The position numbers and the translations under genes were made by a program. Positions 1 through 9,900 of a stretch of 64,000 nucleotides of DNA are shown here, one piece after another. A model generated the notes under the pieces. The model did not search any database, was not told where the DNA came from, and saw nothing but the letters and a program-made list of their open reading frames with translations. Origin of the DNA: Pseudomonadales bacterium (GTDB lineage Bacteria > Pseudomonadota > Gammaproteobacteria > Pseudomonadales > JBECKS01); NCBI GenBank assembly GCA_965223975.1, contig OZ245031.1, forward strand, positions 11,892 to 75,891, in the 5' to 3' direction. The first letter of the stretch is position 1, and the number at the start of each line of letters is the position of its first letter.

Positions 1-3000
1 TATTAAAACCATCCAGTACAGCTTGAGATACCGCTGAACCACTATCATTTAAGATGTTCTTTGAACTCATTGGCTTACTACCTTTTTTATCAGACTGTTT
101 CACCGATACCTTTTCTTGAGTTTTGATTTGTACTTTGTTCGCCACAGTTTTTACCGGTGCTGACTTGATCAGCGTAGGCTTCGCAGCGACAGAAGCAGTG
201 GCTGGCAGAGCAACTTTTGGTGGCGCTGGGGCTGGAGCTGAGAATGAGGCAGGATTAGTAGACGGTTGAGCCGGCTGTTCTTGCGACTGTGCCCCCAGCG
301 CTTTAAGCTCATCAAAAACCGACTCACCGCCCACTTCGATATTTATCATGAGTTGCTTTTTAGGCTTTTCTTCTGCGGCTGGCTTAAACAAGCGTGACAC
401 ATCCAAATCCACCCCGTGACTCAGCAATTTGGAGAACGCTCTCAATAGGTTTTGCTTATCACTTGAACCTTTTCGATTCAGAGACACGCATAAATGCTCT
501 TTGTCAGATAAAACTTGTGATATATGCCGTGAGCAATTGTCACGAGCACCTAATTCAATAAATATTCTTGCGCCGTCATCATAAACAGTGTTCGTTAAAG
601 TGACAAAATCAACTGGATTGCAATACATCTCAGCAATATTGTTGGCCACACCCTCTGAGCTGATTGAAAGCTTTTTATTGCCCACCGCGGTATAAAAATC
701 CACTTCACGGTTCTTATTCACGTCAAGCACATGCAAAGCGGTAAGCGCGTCGTAGTCAGCCCTGACCCAATCACAATGAATGACATCGCCCAAAGCAGCT
801 TCAAAATAGTCGCAGCCCAAAGACTCAGCAACACGCTTACATGCATCCGGCTTACCCGCTATAACCGCTTCACTGGGTGTATTGATAAGTATTAAACGCG
901 CAAACTCTTCTTTAGCTACTGCTTCTTTAATTTTCTCGACTGGTGCAAGTAAAGCAAAGCCACTCCAAAAACTTCCGTCAGCGACAGAAGGATCTAGGCC
1001 CCAGGCTTCCCGTAAGGTATCCATTGGTCCAGCTAAGCGGGTTTGAAATACCGGATCCTCGCGCAAGCGACGACTCATGGCATCGGTAGTTCCCCATACT
1101 CCCAAGGCATACATCATGGAGACTTCACCCATGCTATAGCCGAAAGCAGAATCAGGTTTTAAGTCAAAGATACTTTTTAAGACATCAGTTAAAGCTACAG
1201 ACACTGAAATACCGTTTTCAAAGGAGCTGATCGCTTGTTCTGGCAAAGCCTGTTGCAAGGCCTTTTCTTGTTCACGAGTTAATTTCTGTTGGCTGCGCGG
1301 ATAGTACAACTTATCAGCAAACAGAGTCGCTGCCTGTCCTGAGTGCTCTGCAAATAGCTCATGAAGCTCTGGAAACAATTGCGCTAAGTCTTTAACAATA
1401 TTTAGGTAAGAGTTAAACGCGCCAGGATAAACAAAAGATACCTTTCCTTGCTTACCTAAGGGCGACAAAGTGCAGTAGGAACCCATAGGTGATGACCACT
1501 CACCGCTATCACCTAAAGCTTGCAAACCTTTTTTGGCCAAGGTAATTTCTAAAGCCAAGCCTTTAAAATCACTCGCCACAAGACATAAAACTTTATCTGC
1601 GCTTGAGGCTTCCGCCTCTTCAAAAACTTTTGAGGCCAAATCGATAAAGGCAGCTTTTACTTGAGCTTGTTGCAGATCTTGTTGCTGAGCTCGCTGCTCT
1701 AAACCGTCTAAATCTGAAAGCAAAGCGGCTTTATCCTGAGCTTTTAGAACAAAAAGCTGCCCTTCTGCCTGATAAAGATAATCGTTCTTTCTTTTGCTAT
1801 GACTAAGCTCCTCTGACATTGCGACAAAACAAGAGCGCCCGTCCATGCCTTGGTTATTAACCCCAGCTTTGCGCACGGCATCGCTAGAGTCCTTAAACCA
1901 AGTTCGGCTGTTTTCAGCAACATAAAGACGCGAATCATTCCAATCTGCACGAGGTTCTTGCCACGAACTTTCTCCAGGAATGGATCGATTGTGTAAACAA
2001 AGCGCCGTCTTAATCAAGCTAGCAATGCCGGAAGCAGCAAAACTATGACCGATATTACTCTTAATACTTCCAAGCGCTAAGTTACAACGGTCATCATCAT
2101 CTTTTGACTTGGTCAAACTTAGCAAAGCATCTTGTTCACTTTCATCAAAGTCACTAAAACCACTGGCTGACAACTCAAGGTATTCAATCTCATCGAACTC
2201 GCACTGCGCTTGCTTACAAGATTGTTCCGTAGCCTTAAGCAAAGCACTTTGGTCAACGCCCTCAGCAAAAGCCAAACCATCAATATTAGCGTAAATGGTC
2301 TTTTCATCCTCGCTTCGGCGATTTTGTCCCGCTTTTTCCAGCACGATAGCGCCCGCGCCCTCGCCTATATTCCAACCACTAGCATTCTTATCATGGGCAT
2401 TGGCACCTGGCGGATTTTGAATTGCCCCAAACTGACTACGTAGCAATAAGCTCTCAACGCTGGCACTCAAATCAACCGCCGCAACGACTACTGCATCGAT
2501 TTCATTTTGCTCAAACATCATTTGAGTGAGCTCTAGGGCTTGGAATACGGAGTTCTCTTCTGCCGAGACGGTAAAGGCCGGACCGGAAAAATCCCAAAGC
2601 GAGGAAATACGAGAAGCCATAATATTACCGATGGCACTGGTATACTGATTCAGCTGTGCTCGGTGGTGAATACTGTTTTTCGCTTTAGATTCAATATCCC
2701 GTTTCTGTTCTTCACTGTAAGACGAATCCAAGCCAGTTTGTTGCCACATTTCATCAAACTGTGCATCCAAGTTAACCCGCGCACGAATTTGATGAAGCTC
2801 TAGCTCAGTTCCCATAGCGACCAAGACGGCGACACGTCCACCCGGTTTCAAGTTAGCATCTTTAAGGGCATTATCTGCCACCTTCATCAACAACAATTGC
2901 TGAGGAATGAGTCGCTCATCAATATGTGGCGGTAGCCTGAAATTTAAAAAGTCTAAATCAAAATTTTCTATATAAGAGCCTTGCGGAATATTTCCGCCAA

Positions 3001-4579
3001 AGGCGTTTTTGACTAACTCTTCGTTTTCTAAACCTTTCCAGCGTTTTCGGGGCAGCTCTCTAAAAGTATTTCGCCCTTCTAGAATTAGACTCTCAAATTC
3101 AGCTAGATTTTCCGCCGAGCCAAAATGAGCATCCATTCCAATGATGGACATTCGCTGTTTAGCCTCTACATCTTTTTTATCTAAAAGCTTTTGACTTTCG
3201 ATTGCTTTAGAGGGCTCTTCAAAGACCATATGGGCGTTAGCGCCACCAAATCCAAACACACTGACACCAGCTCTCTTAGGATCCGTTTCGTTTTTATCCC
3301 AAGAAATATTATCCGAGCAAATCTTATCCTGGGAGAACATACCTTTTGGAGAGCTTTGTTTTTCTTGAATATTAATTGAAGCAGGAATTAAACCTTTCTC
3401 CATTCCAAGAATAATCTTGCACATGGCTGGCATGCCTGCAGCGGTAAGCAAATGACCCAAATTAGACTTTACCGAGCCAATAATAGGCGCTTCTTTTGCC
3501 GCTTTTTCCAAATAAGGCTCAAAGAAGTTTTCAAGTGAACTTAACTCAACCTTATCACCAAGCGGCGTACCGGTTGCGTGACACTCAATATAATCTATCG
3601 AAGCCGGATCTACTTGAGCTGATTCATAGGCTCTTTCAAAGGCCTTAGTTTGACCTTTACTATTAGGGCTAAGCACGTGTTGGCCCTTACCATCATTTGA
3701 AAGACCACCGCCTTTAATTACTGCGCGAATATTATCGCCATCAGCTAAAGCATCCTCTAAACGCTTGAGCACCAACATGCCAGCACCTTCGCCAGCAAAT
3801 AGGCCTTGAGAACGGGTATCAAGGGGAGCAGAAACCTGGTTCTCTGGATAAGCATGAAAAACTGAAAAGCCCAAATTTACAAAGAATGGATCAGCCGCGC
3901 TAACCGCACCTGCCAGCATCAAATCACTACGGCCAGTCTGCAAATAATGGCAAGCCAGCTGAACCGAATAAATCGAAGAGGCACAAGCCGCGTCCAAACA
4001 AAACTTAGTACCTTTTAGTCCAAAAGCCTGGGCTACAATTGCCGCTGGATAGCCCGCGAGTAAACCCGCTTCTTTGCCCACGGCTTCGGCTTGGGCATAG
4101 CGAGGTAAAACCAATGACTCTTCGCCAAGATTATCCACCAGCGCACTATTAATGGCTTTGTGATACATAGGTATAAACAATTGGTTTGAGGATTTGGTCG
4201 GGAAACTCAAATTACCCAGCACTACGCCGCTTTCAACACCTTCTAAACGATTAAGATAACCACTGTCTTTAAGGGCCTCTTTTGCAACATAAAGCGCCCA
4301 TTGGTAAACATCATCTAATGAATCGAGGTACTCTGGATCTAAAGCAATACCACTTTTATCCAGCTGAAAGTCATTGATATAACCGCCATTGATACAATAA
4401 AAACGATCATCCTCTCCTGGCTTACCCAAAAAAGCCTTAGCATCGCGACCCATTTGTTTTTCGCTTGCGACACTTCGGCAATCCTTGTTGGCGACAAGGT
4501 TGTCCCAAAACTCGTCAAGCGTTTCACTACCAGGAAACAAACCTGAAAGACCAATGACTGCAATATCGTTGCTAGACAT
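1..4579 (-). CDS. pfaC: PUFA synthase subunit PfaC-like (KS-CLF-AT; partial, runs off the left edge)
   Basis: Not in the ORF track. Manual reading from ATG 4579 (AGGA upstream) gives MSSNDIAVIGLSGLFPG, KS motifs DAACASS, ECHATGTP and GHLLTAAG, a CLF with SAEENS in place of the Cys motif, an AT with FVYPGAFNSY and AFGYSMGE (in frame at 1141), then an Ala/Pro-rich linker. DH domains are expected beyond the edge. Confidence 0.9.
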   Translation of the reverse strand, partial: MSSNDIAVIGLSGLFPGSETLDEFWDNLVANKDCRSVASEKQMGRDAKAFLGKPGEDDRFYCINGGYINDFQLDKSGIALDPEYLDSLDDVYQWALYVAKEALKDSGYLNRLEGVESGVVLGNLSFPTKSSNQLFIPMYHKAINSALVDNLGEESLVLPRYAQAEAVGKEAGLLAGYPAAIVAQAFGLKGTKFCLDAACASSIYSVQLACHYLQTGRSDLMLAGAVSAADPFFVNLGFSVFHAYPENQVSAPLDTRSQGLFAGEGAGMLVLKRLEDALADGDNIRAVIKGGGLSNDGKGQHVLSPNSKGQTKAFERAYESAQVDPASIDYIECHATGTPLGDKVELSSLENFFEPYLEKAAKEAPIIGSVKSNLGHLLTAAGMPAMCKIILGMEKGLIPASINIQEKQSSPKGMFSQDKICSDNISWDKNETDPKRAGVSVFGFGGANAHMVFEEPSKAIESQKLLDKKDVEAKQRMSIIGMDAHFGSAENLAEFESLILEGRNTFRELPRKRWKGLENEELVKNAFGGNIPQGSYIENFDLDFLNFRLPPHIDERLIPQQLLLMKVADNALKDANLKPGGRVAVLVAMGTELELHQIRARVNLDAQFDEMWQQTGLDSSYSEEQKRDIESKAKNSIHHRAQLNQYTSAIGNIMASRISSLWDFSGPAFTVSAEENSVFQALELTQMMFEQNEIDAVVVAAVDLSASVESLLLRSQFGAIQNPPGANAHDKNASGWNIGEGAGAIVLEKAGQNRRSEDEKTIYANIDGLAFAEGVDQSALLKATEQSCKQAQCEFDEIEYLELSASGFSDFDESEQDALLSLTKSKDDDDRCNLALGSIKSNIGHSFAASGIASLIKTALCLHNRSIPGESSWQEPRADWNDSRLYVAENSRTWFKDSSDAVRKAGVNNQGMDGRSCFVAMSEELSHSKRKNDYLYQAEGQLFVLKAQDKAALLSDLDGLEQRAQQQDLQQAQVKAAFIDLASKVFEEAEASSADKVLCLVASDFKGLALEITLAKKGLQALGDSGEWSSPMGSYCTLSPLGKQGKVSFVYPGAFNSYLNIVKDLAQLFPELHELFAEHSGQAATLFADKLYYPRSQQKLTREQEKALQQALPEQAISSFENGISVSVALTDVLKSIFDLKPDSAFGYSMGEVSMMYALGVWGTTDAMSRRLREDPVFQTRLAGPMDTLREAWGLDPSVADGSFWSGFALLAPVEKIKEAVAKEEFARLILINTPSEAVIAGKPDACKRVAESLGCDYFEAALGDVIHCDWVRADYDALTALHVLDVNKNREVDFYTAVGNKKLSISSEGVANNIAEMYCNPVDFVTLTNTVYDDGARIFIELGARDNCSRHISQVLSDKEHLCVSLNRKGSSDKQNLLRAFSKLLSHGVDLDVSRLFKPAAEEKPKKQLMINIEVGGESVFDELKALGAQSQEQPAQPSTNPASFSAPAPAPPKVALPATASVAAKPTLIKSAPVKTVANKVQIKTQEKVSVKQSDKKGSKPMSSKNILNDSGSAVSQAVLDGFN

Positions 4580-4589
4580 GAAAAATTCC

Positions 4590-6899
4590 TTAATTAGAAA
4601 CGTGCTCATAAAGCGGATGTAAATTTACATCTACCTTATGACAAAATAATTTAGCCATTACTCTGGCAAAGGTCAGGCTGTCTTCAGTACCTTTGGCATT
4701 TAATGGAACGATTACGTGTTTTTTACCCTGGAGAATTTTGTCGATCCAGGTTGAACAGATACGCCCTGCTCCGGCTTCTAGAAAAATCCTTGCTCCGTCG
4801 TCGTAAACTTTGTTTACCAAACGAGGGAAATCAACCGGCTCGCTAAAACATTTAGCAATGGCATAGGCGATGGCCTTTTGCCGAACCGGCACGGGAAGAT
4901 AGCAAGAACTGGAATAAAGCTTTGTGGAGCAACTATCTGCTGTCGGCATGGAATACAATTCCGCAATGCCTTCATATTCTTGAGCTGTCGGTTCGCAATG
5001 AATCGCTGGCACAAAACCCATAGGAATCGCACGCGTGTTTAACTTTGTAATCAGTTGCAGACAGGATTGTGGCTCGCCAGCAATCACCACGTTATCTTCA
5101 GTATTGATCAGTGTCAGATAAACTTTGTCTAAACTTTCGTCTTTTATAGCAGCCTTAACTTCTTCAGCGCTCGCTTTTAAAGTAAAGGTAGTCCAGAGCG
5201 CTTCAGCTCCCAAGTCATCCGACAACCCCCAGAACTTTCTAACCGTGGTTAAATTCCCGTAGAGCTTATCTTTAAAAATATCACTCGCCTTAAAACGATT
5301 TTCAAGCTCGGCTGGAGTATTCCATACATCCAGGGCCGTCATCATATTGGCCTCACCCATGCTATAGCCGAAGGCCATATCAGGATTAACTTTAAACACA
5401 TCGGTCATCACGTGGGCACAGATGCTTGAATAGGTAGTATCAGTCTTACCCAAGTCCTTCAAGTTAAGTACGATCTCCATATCTTTTTGACGCTTTTCTT
5501 TAAAAGTTAAAGCATCTTGAGTACGGGGATACAAAACCTTTTCTTGTAGCTCCTCGCCCACGTTCTTGGTGAAACGAAAGCTTTCTTTATAAATAGAGGG
5601 AAAGAGCTGAAAGATCTTTTGGCCAAGGCCAAGGTAAGAGCTGCCGAGCCCAGGGAATACAAAGGCTAACTTACCTTCTTCACCCAAAGGCTCTAAGGTT
5701 AAGTAACTACCTTTAGGTGTTTTCAGATCTTGTTTTAGCTCAAAACAGCGCTCTATACCCTTTTCCATGGTATCTAATTCATTCAAAAGCGTTTCTTTAT
5801 CTTCTGCCAAGATAACTGCCCGATAAGCTCTAAGATCTAAAGAGTCCTCTTGATCAATAAAGCTTTGGTAGTAACTCGCAGCTAATTTTCTAACATCTAC
5901 CTGCCCTGCCAATCCAGACAACTCTTCCCTAAGCTTATTAAACTGGCTAAGAAAATCCGGAAGATCATTACCTGATAAAGGGAAAAAATGCGGGCTTGCA
6001 TAAGAAAAGTACAAACTATCCCTATCTTTGTCTAAGCCCTCATCACTGACTTGCAAATATTGGCCTGAACCTAAAGCGAGTAAACCAGAGCGAATTGAAT
6101 TTTCATCCTTCACAAACCAAAAACGACTCCGCTCAGGAACATAAAAAGTGGACTCAGCCCAAGGATAGCTTTCGCTTTTCTTAGACCAGGCGGGTGTACC
6201 TGCAATATAGCGATGATGGCACTGCAAGCTCAGTTTAAGCAAAGAAAGCAGCTCTACATGTTGATTCCCGTAACCAAAACAACTTGTAACACTGCCGAGC
6301 GCTAACTCTAGCTCTTCAATGGAGTTAGGAGATAAAGCAAACTGTTTAAGCAGCTGCCCTTGGTTTTGAATAGCGCCCAATTCCAAATAATCTTGAGATG
6401 CAGCTTGACCATCCAGTTCGCTAATAGACTCAACTATGGACAAATAGTTTGTGCAGGTTCCAGGCTGCTCTAAGCTGACAGCAACTGCAAATTCGCTACC
6501 CAAATTAGATTGGGTCGCATCGAAGCGTTCTGAAAAAGCCAATTGGGTTGTTTCGTTTATAGGCTTAGCTGGTTCTAACTCAATACTATAAAGATTAACC
6601 CTTTGCGCCCCACCCGCTAATTTCTCCTGAGCTAGCCTTAAGGCCTCAGCAAAGGACTCAACCTTCACAGCATTCGCAAAATACTCTGAAACATCGAGAT
6701 CTGTACCCAATACTATATTTAGATCCTGTACGCTGACATTAAGCTGGAGTTTTAGCTGGTTTAAAAGGGTTTGTTCTAAGTCATCGCCCTTAGGAAAACT
6801 TCCAAGATTCGGCAATCCTTCAAATAACAAATAGTTTAGGGCCTCAGCACCTTCGTGTTCAGGTAGTACACTTGCTATTTTACTTAAGGCTAACTTCAT
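4590..6899 (-). CDS. pfaB: PUFA synthase subunit PfaB (degenerate KS-like region plus AT-like domain)
   Basis: 769 aa. TPKGSYLT..AFVFPGLGSSY, AFGYSMGE and AIHC motifs; lies between pfaA and pfaC. Confidence 0.88.
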   Translation of the reverse strand: MKLALSKIASVLPEHEGAEALNYLLFEGLPNLGSFPKGDDLEQTLLNQLKLQLNVSVQDLNIVLGTDLDVSEYFANAVKVESFAEALRLAQEKLAGGAQRVNLYSIELEPAKPINETTQLAFSERFDATQSNLGSEFAVAVSLEQPGTCTNYLSIVESISELDGQAASQDYLELGAIQNQGQLLKQFALSPNSIEELELALGSVTSCFGYGNQHVELLSLLKLSLQCHHRYIAGTPAWSKKSESYPWAESTFYVPERSRFWFVKDENSIRSGLLALGSGQYLQVSDEGLDKDRDSLYFSYASPHFFPLSGNDLPDFLSQFNKLREELSGLAGQVDVRKLAASYYQSFIDQEDSLDLRAYRAVILAEDKETLLNELDTMEKGIERCFELKQDLKTPKGSYLTLEPLGEEGKLAFVFPGLGSSYLGLGQKIFQLFPSIYKESFRFTKNVGEELQEKVLYPRTQDALTFKEKRQKDMEIVLNLKDLGKTDTTYSSICAHVMTDVFKVNPDMAFGYSMGEANMMTALDVWNTPAELENRFKASDIFKDKLYGNLTTVRKFWGLSDDLGAEALWTTFTLKASAEEVKAAIKDESLDKVYLTLINTEDNVVIAGEPQSCLQLITKLNTRAIPMGFVPAIHCEPTAQEYEGIAELYSMPTADSCSTKLYSSSCYLPVPVRQKAIAYAIAKCFSEPVDFPRLVNKVYDDGARIFLEAGAGRICSTWIDKILQGKKHVIVPLNAKGTEDSLTFARVMAKLFCHKVDVNLHPLYEHVSN

Positions 6900-6927
6900 T
6901 GCTTTTTTCAGAGCTTCCGAGCAAACA

Positions 6928-9900
6928 CTAGGAGGCGAACTTCTGCTCCAATTGTTTACTCATAGTGATCTCTGCACCCTCAAAACGCGCGTAGACTTTG
7001 CCATCTTTAGAAAAGGCTTCAAGATCGGCAACCATTTTACTAGCGCCCTGCTCTTTAACCTTTAGAGAAATAAAAAAACTGTCTTCCTCGATAACAGAAA
7101 AATAACTGGCTTTAGATACCTTAAGAGGGAGACTAGCCAAATCACGATACTCTTTCGCCCACACCAAAGAGGCTTGTAGCAGCGCATCTAAAGATAAGTT
7201 TGAAAAGTCTCCATCTAAAAACTGACCTTCTTGTTCAGGCGTATAAGTAGCAACCTTGGCCTCAAAAACCATTTCTTGCTCATCAGCCTTCACAATACTT
7301 TCGAGAAGCTGCAAGCCTTCGCCATGAAATAGCGTATTGTCTTGATAAAAATTCGCGGCGCTGCGCTTATCGTCAGCATTCAAAGAAGGAACGGCCATAG
7401 CCTCTTCGCTTTCAGTATTAGTTAACACAACTGTCGCGCCATAGTGGTTTACTCGACGGCCGCCTTGTTCGCTGTAAATAACCGAGTCGACCGACATACT
7501 ACCTGATTGGACTTGAGCTTTACTTAGGTCTTGATAGAGCACTAAGTCTTCATCCGGATCCAGACTCAAGCCCTTATAAACAACTAAATCGCTCAAGGAT
7601 TGCAGATGAGTAAACTCCGAATAGGCATTTAGCGCTCCCCGTGCATGCCAGGTAGCAGAGGCAACCATAGGCACAAGTAACCTACCCCCTACCTGATGAT
7701 CATTTAAAAAAGCATTTTGCATCGGCTTGATTACTCTTTTGATTTGGTAACGTTCAGCGAATTTCAGGCTTTTTTTTTGATCGTCTGGCAATTCATGCGC
7801 TTCCATCGAGCTACCCACTAAAATCTGTGCGTCTTTATCACTAGAAGAAAGATAATCGACAAATAGCTGGGCACCACCTTGTAAAGAAATCAGCTCAACA
7901 CCACGCGACTCAAACAAAGCCTTTAATTGTGGCGTTACCATTCCGCCATCCCAAGGACCCCAGTTAAAACTAAGTACTCGACAATCTGGGTTATGGGAGG
8001 CAACAATTAATGCCACCTTATTCAAGATATCGTTTGCCATGGCATAGTCAGCTTGTGCTGGATTGCCAAAGAAACCTGCAGCGGAAGAAAATAGAACTAA
8101 ATGCTTCAGTGATTTCCACTTCACACAAGACAATACAGAAGCTAAGCCACCAATTTTTGTGTCATAGACTGAATCAAAGTCTTCAACCGTTTTGTTCTCA
8201 ATCAGTTTGTCTGCAAGGACACCTGCACCATGAACCAGCCCTGTGATTTCACCCAGCTCTTGTTGAGCATTCTTAAGCGCTGATTTCAGACCCTCGCTAT
8301 CGCAAACATCACAAGCGATATACCGAACCGTTGAACCTGTTTCTTCGATGCTCTTAAGTACAGAATTAATTTCTCGCAGAGAAAGCACCGGGTTAATTTC
8401 TTTTTGCACCAATACTGGCGTGGGCTTATCGCCCCGATCTTTTACCAACGCCATAGCCGCTTGTTTTAGTGAGGCTTCATCTTGGCATGATTGCGCCCAA
8501 CTAGGTTCATCACCCAATGGTGAACGACCCAGGAGGATAAACTTAGATTTATGATTTTTAGCTAACTCGATAATGCACTTAGAGGTGACGCCCTTAGCAC
8601 CACCTGTGACTAAAAATACAGAGTCCTCAGAAATCTCTACATCCTTCGCAGGAGCTTCAAAACGCTCATCAGGCACTAGGGTGCTTCGTCCATCTTTATT
8701 GATCGCCACTTCCGCCAGATCAACTTTCGAATCAAAGGCCTCACTAACAATAGTTTTGGCAGCCGACTCTGCATCCAAACCAGATTCCAAATCAACAGCT
8801 CTACAAAGTACTTCTGGCCATTCTTGCGCCAAAGTTTTCGCCAAACCAAAAACTCCGCCAGCCAAAGCATCATACTTAGTTTTCTGCTCTGAGTAGCCAA
8901 GATTTCCATCTAAATGAGAAACAGCTACAAAGGCATTGCGTTGGTCGACGTTGGTATCGTTTAAACTATCTTTTAAATGTTTAGCCAAAAGGAAAAGATG
9001 GCGAAGCTGATGTTTACCTTCTTCAGCAAATGCTAGCCCTTGTTTACCAGTCGCTTTGTAAGCACTATCGAGGTAAACAAAATGAGCCACTTTGCCTTGC
9101 TCCGATTCTATCTTATTTAAAGTATTTTGTAGTTCCGTTTCTTCGAAGCTATTCAGCGAATAATTCTTAAAATCCTCAACACTTGGATCAAGATCAATTC
9201 CTGGCAAATTCAATAGCGAAACGGTCCAGGACTTTTCCTGATACAAACCTGCTACTTCGGCGGTAAGAGTCGTGCCGTCATTAATCACCAAACAACTCTT
9301 GTCACTTGGCGCGTCAAACACACGTTCATCAACCGGCGGAAGCTTTTCGACTAGCACATGTGCTCTGGCAGGCTTAAGACCACTTGAAACCGTATTCGCT
9401 ACTGATTGGCTTTCAACAGAGGATTCACTACCCACTGTTTTTTCTGCATCACCTACGTTACCAGCACTATCTTTCATATAGCTAACAACTTCACCAAGCG
9501 TACGTAGTTCAGATAAAGCTTCTGGATCAAGCTCTGGTAACTCAGGCACTTGTTCTTGAATCGCACCAAGAATTTCTACTCGCTTAATAGAGTCGATACC
9601 CAAATCAGCTTCCATATCCATATCAAGCTCAAGCATATCGCTTGGATAGCCAGTTTTTTCCGCAACCACTGACATCATCAGTTCACGTAAAGATTCTAAA
9701 TCTAACTCTGAACCCGAAGCAGTGTTTGTACCTGTTCCTGCACCTGCCACCGGCTGAGCTAAACTAGAAGCAACAGGTGCTGATTCAGAGACCTGCTCTT
9801 TCATATAATTAACGATCTCTTCGAGTGTTCTTAGTTCAGCCAAGTCCTCAGGGTTCAACTCTGGTAGCTCGGGATACTGCTCGGTAACAGCACCCAAGAT

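Noticed and set aside
1744-4563. Short ORF-track entries in the first 4.6 kb
   Set aside because: They are alternate-frame or antisense shadows of the long pfaC frame, which the track missed because it has no stop inside the window.
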